A stretch of 64,000 nucleotides of DNA from Andalucia godoyi And28 (taxonomy: Eukaryota > Protista > Jakobida), in assembly GCA_009859145.1 (NCBI GenBank), contig VRVR01000021.1:257507-321506 (forward strand), given 5' to 3'. The translations under genes were made by a program, and so were the position numbers. The notes beneath the pieces were generated by a model. The model was given only the letters and a program-made list of their open reading frames with translations, was not told the origin of the DNA and made no database searches. Positions 43,001 through 49,000 of the stretch are shown here, piece by piece (positions within the stretch are counted from its first letter, which is position 1; every line of letters starts with the position of its first letter).

Positions 43001-46000
43001 TTCTTGGCTGCAACGGATTTTTGCGAGCAGATAAGTTTGCCACGTCGTATTCCGTGACGATCATTCAGTACACGGAAATCGGTCAGTTGTACGTCTCTTC
43101 TGCTCAGACTGCCAGCGATGCCTCCTGCTGTGGAAGTTTCGAAATTCCGTGCAAGTCAATTAGTTTTGCTCTCGAGACTGTTCTGGACGGAAAGACTATT
43201 GTTCTGATGCCTGGCGTGTTTCGCGTGGGCTCGCCGAACACAAACGTCCAGATCACTGCTCCAAACAAGGCATTCAGTATTGTTGCGTTTTCACCCCAAG
43301 CCACAGTTCTCGATTGTGAGTCCCATGGTCCGTTTATGATTTTTTCACATCAGAGTGTATCTGCACTGTCCGGTTTCATCATTCGCAATTGCTCATCTGA
43401 CCAGGGAGGAGCATTGAGAGTCATTAGCGGTGCGTATCCCATGATTTCCAATATGATTTTCGATTCTAACCGCTCTCCTTCAGGTGGAGCCATTTTTGTC
43501 GAGGATGCGACACCAATGATCAGCAATTCTACATTCATCTCTAACTCTGCTGACAACGGTGGTGCGATTTTCATTTCTGGCGCGGCCTCTCGTGTTTCCA
43601 TTTTTGATGCGTATATGTCGGAGAACATGGCTGATGTTTCTGGTGGCCACGTGTCTGTGCAAAATAGTGGTGCTCTTGAGATGCAGCGCAGTGTGCTTTC
43701 CAAAGGCTATTCTGTGACGAGTGGTGGTTGTTTCTCATGTGAATCGGCGAGTAATTGTTCTTTTTCGGAAACCTCATTTATAATGTGTTCATCATTCGAT
43801 GGGGGAGCTGGATCCGTTGTGTTGGCTTCTGCAAACCTCTCGGCTTGCCATTTCATTTCCAATCAAGCTCTGGGCACTGTTCTTTCTGATGGTGCACCGA
43901 CAGTGGGAGGGGGTGCTATGAGCTTGTCGGAGGCGTCGTTCGTTTGCTCTTCCACTGTCTTCAGCAAGAACAATGCTACGTATGGAGGCTGTTTGTTTTT
44001 GCTGAAGCTATCCGGATCGACTTCATTAATCCGGTCCTCCGTTTTTTTGGATAACATTGGAACGTATGGTGGTGCTATTTACGTGTATGAATCTGCAATC
44101 AACATTGCTGGTTCTCAGTGTTCGAACAACACGGCGTTGAACTCTGGTGGCTGTGTTTCTGCTTCTCTGAGCACGGTAGTGGTTCGTTTATCGGAATTTC
44201 TTTCCAATCGTGCTTCTGGGCTCGGCGGAGCAGTTTACGTATTTCGCTTGGACGTTGGAGGGTTTTCTATTTTCGACTCGCAGCTTTCCAAGAATTTTGG
44301 TACTTTAGGTGGTGCCCTCGCCGCGGACACGTCACCCGTTGTGCTTCATAACTGCATACTTGATGACAATGAATCCGTCGAGTTTGGTGCAGGATTGTAC
44401 TTGAAGTCTTCGCAGGTGGACACTACGTTGTGCTCTTTACGACGAAACAAATGTCAGAGCAGTGGTGGTGGAATTTACGTGGAATCCGGATCGACGCTGG
44501 CGGTCAATGCGTCGTCGTTTGAAGCGAATCAGGCAAGTGTGTATGGGGCTGGATTCTACGTTTCCGCCTCTTCGATTACTTTGCAGTCTTCTGTGTTTTT
44601 GAACCAAGTTAGCCGGTTTGGCGGTGCAGGCTATGCGGTGTCTGCAGATACGTCGGTTTCGAACTGTTCATTTGCGAACATGACCGCATCTTCTCAAGGC
44701 GGGTCGCTGTTTGTCATTGCTTCAACCGTTAAGATTGTGGACTCCTCGTTCTCAACGAGCAGTTCCCAAGAATCTGGTGGTGGCATCCATGCAATCTCTT
44801 GCACGTTCACGGTTACCTCCTCGGTGTTTTCCACATGTTCTTCTGGAACGGGAGGAGCTGTGTTTGTGGATTCTTCGGAGTGCGTTTTCAACTTGACTAC
44901 ACTGAGCGCGAACCAGGCGACGGATGGTGGCGGCCTGTTCTCTGTTCTGTCTTCTGTTTCGATGGCACAAGTCACGCTTCAGCGTAATGCAGTGTCGAAC
45001 AGAGGCGGTGGAGTGTATTGCCTGTCTTCCAAAATATTTGACTTGTCTTCTTCATTCTTCGCTGGCAACAACGCGACGTCGTCTGGAGGAGCAGCGTATG
45101 TGGAAAAATGCCCCGCGACTCTCAAAGATTCCGTTTTGGACGGCTCTTCCTCTCCCGTTGGCTCCGGGCTGCATCTCGTGTTTGGTTCGACTGCAAAGGT
45201 GACGCGTTCCACTTTCGTCGGAAACCAAGGTGACACTGGAGGTGGAATTTATTGTGATGCTTGTTCAGACTTGGTAGTTCTCAACAGCTCGTTTATTCGC
45301 AATTCTGTGAAGAAGTTCGGTGCCGGCATTGCGGATATCCGTGGCGTCTCGGTTCTGACGATTCAAGGGACGCGGTTTCATGAAAATGCAGCTGCAACTC
45401 GCGGTGGCGGCCTCTATCTCTCTGACGTCTCTGCTCTTGTGAATGACACGGAGTTTACTACACAGTCTGCAGGAGAAGGAGGAGGATTGTTCTTTACTCT
45501 AAGTTCTTCTTCTGTCGGACAATTGTGGTTGACGAAGTCCACGTTCCAGAATAACACCGCTTCGTTCGGGTGCGGCGGAGGCTTTTGCTGGGATGTATTG
45601 GAGCCGTTCTACGACAACTTCACCAAGCAGTCCATGATCGGAAATACTGGTGTGTACGGACCGAACATCGGTTCTGCGCCCAAGAAACTGTCCACTGCGA
45701 TGAATGTCTCTCAACCTCAGCGCTCGGGAGAACAGTTCACAGAGGTGCTGAACGTGGATGTTTTGGACTTCTACGACCAAGTTGTCGCGATCGACAATGG
45801 TACCGTGGTATCCGTCGAGCCAGCGACACTTTCGACTATCATCTCCGGCGCACGTACGGCTGCGACGGTGAACGGACGTGCTACATTTAGCGGCATTGGT
45901 GTGGTTGCGAAGCCGGGTTCTTCTGTGAATATCAAATTCGTACAAACTGTGCTCGATGCCGACTCGACATCCGTGTCCGTGAGTCCGTGCAATGCCGGAG

Positions 46001-49000
46001 AGACGGAATTAGAATCGTTGTGCCGCAGCTGTGCTTCTGGATTCTATAATCTGAATGCGGATTTGTATTGTGTGCCGTGTCCATCCGAGGGTACACTGTG
46101 CCCTGGTGGAAATGTAACAAAATCAATAGCGGATTGGTGGTTATGGAGGTATCCGAATAGAGTGGTACCCTATCGGTGCCCCGACAAATATTGTCTGGCT
46201 GATAACATTTGTGGAGCAAATCGCATTCAATCGGAGGACAATGTGCTCTGCTCTCGGTGTATTAAGGATCACATTAACTGGGGTCAGGACTGTGTTGAAT
46301 GCACGGAGGTGAATGGTGGTCTTGTGTTCGCAGCTATCGTCGTCTGTTGGGCGTACATCATTGTTCTCCTTGTTGTGGGCCAGTCCGACTCAGGAATGTT
46401 CAAAATATTCATGTATTTTGCGCAAACGCTTCAACTGATCATTCCCACCACGGTTCGAAATGGGTTTGTGGACTTGCTCGGGCTTGCGAATCTGCGGGTG
46501 CAAGAATCTGCGGGTGGTGCGTGCTTGGCGCCTCTGGATTTCTTCGGGAAATCGTTGTTTAACGTCTTGATCCCGCTGTTTTTGCTGTTCCTACTGGTGC
46601 TGACGTGGCTTTTGAACGCGATTTGGACTGCAGTAGAGCAGCGTGTCAAGAGAGCTGCCAAGTTTCTTAGCATGGTGGTGTACTATCGATCGGTATCTGC
46701 AGCATCGAGTTACATTTGGAAAGAGAAAATGGAATACGAGAGAACCATGACAGAGGAAAAGCGTCTTGAAATGGTGCGAACAGCTGCTGTCAATCGAAGC
46801 AAACGACTTGCGCTGTATGTTTATACTTTTGCATTCTTGTTGTTGTTTTCATATTCCACTATTAGTTTGACTGTGTTGGAGTTTGTGAACTGCCGGCAAG
46901 TCGAGGACCTAACATTGGTGACATCGCAACCGGAGGTCTCATGCGATTCGGATAGCTATCGTGCGTGGCTGACGGTGTACGTTGTTCTCTTGGCTGTAAT
47001 TGTCGTTGGTGCCCCGTTTCTGTTGCTAGGATTCTTGCTGTGGTCCTGGAGAAAGCAGAAATTGGCGGAAGAATCTTTCAAGATGCATTTCGGAGTCCTT
47101 TATTCGTCGTATCGACTGAAGTTTTTCTGGTACGAGAGTGTGTTCATGATTCGTCGGACAATTATTACTTCATTTTTCGTTTTGTTTTATGATGAGCCGC
47201 CGACCCGATCATTCACCTTGGCTTGTGTATGTATCGTCTTTTTAGCAGTGCATGTCGCCATGAGGCCGTTCTTGTACATCAGGGACAATATTGCAGAGAC
47301 GGCTTCTCTCCTTGCGATTGCTGTTATCGCGGGTCTTGCCTCCTCGGAATGGTTGACTGCCGCCCCTTCTTCAGCGACTGTCGTCTTCATCATATTTGTT
47401 TGTCTTCCATTTGTTGTCTGGGGCGCTCTAGGGTTGTATATTGTCTTCGCAGTGGTTCACGTCGTCGTCCGCAAACGCCAAGGCCGGCCCCTTCCGGCAG
47501 ACTATTATGCACCTCGTCTGCAAGGAGCGTCGAAGAATGTGAAATATGTGTATCTATCAGGAAATGCAACCAGAGCAAAGGGCATTCCATTTGTGATTGC
47601 AGAGGGTGCGTCGGAAGATGGGTCAGCCGACGCGAGTAAGCCTGCAGACAAGTTGGACCAGGGATTTGCATTTAGAGGTCTTGGTGCTGATGAGATGCAA
47701 GAGTACTCCAACCCTGTCTACCGTTCGAAGGCGGTGATGTACTCTGATGATGAGACCTCCAATAACTTTGATCCTCGATCGATGCTACCCCAGTATTCCA
47801 AACGTCGGTTTGGCTTGTACGCGAATCCGCTTTTCGGCAGAACAGTCTACGTGGACAACGATCAGCCTGGAATTGTCTATCAGGGAGGCACGTTGTCTCC
47901 TACCCTGCGTCCGTTTGTGCCGCAGTCGAATTCTGCTTCTCGTCACCCAGGACCGCCGGTGCCGCAATTTTCAAGGCAGTCTGCGCAGAATGCTTCAAAG
48001 ACTGCTCAGCCTGCGCTGAGGACTACACAGGAGCCTTTGTTAATTCGAAATTCGACTCAGTCTGCGCATGGCTGGTTCCTGAATCCGCTGCCGCTTGCGA
48101 AGAATGCCGTGGTGGTAGTGGAGAATTCAACGCCCTACGGCGAGAGTGCCGGGGAGCCTCATGTGATTTTGCATGGCCCTACGCTATTGCCTGATGTGAC
48201 CTCGGAGCCCAAGTTTGCCTTGCCTCCCACCGTTGCGAGCAGTTCGCCGCAGAGCCCTCCAATTCCTGCCATCATCGGAGGTACATCTTTTGGAGCGGGT
48301 ACGCAGAAAGCCGCATTCTACCGCAATGCTGCGCATGGTAAGGATATTGACGTTGATGCCTCTGCAGACGTTGTGTATTCTAACAACTCTTCAACCCCGC
48401 CATCCTCAAATGCTGCCTCCTCTTTGCTTTCTTCAACTCCTCCTTTACTGACTTCTTCCCTTACTTCCCCTTCTTCTTCCCCTCCTGTTTCTTCTTCTTT
48501 GCTTCATCCATCGAATGTCAATGGCTCATCTTCGTCCACCCGTCTGCTATCATCATCATTACCGATGCCAAATCCGGCTCGCCTTTCCCAGGTTTCCACA
48601 AGCAGCAGCACGAGCTCGGCTGAATTTGAAGCCGCTGTCCCCAAACCTCTCCCCTCCGGCCCTTCGTTTGGCCGTGGCATCGGACGTGAGAGTGTTGGAT
48701 ACTTCAAAAATGCTGCTCATGGCCAGGATCTAGACTTTCTGGAAGCGCCGCTTCCCCTTGCTCCTCCTGCCCTCATCGAACAGCCCTCGAAGAAATCGAA
48801 AAAGACTCGAAAGGACTCGTCGTCGTCGTCTTCACGTACGTTCATTGGTCCGCCGCCGTCCACTTCGGTGTTTATTGGACCTCGGCCGTCGTCCGTTGCG
48901 CGGCCCACTGAGATTCGCAAAGCAGCTCTGATGGGCAATCCTGTGTATGGAATGCCAATCGCTGAAGTGATGAGCGAGCCCTTGTATGCTACAGCACCAC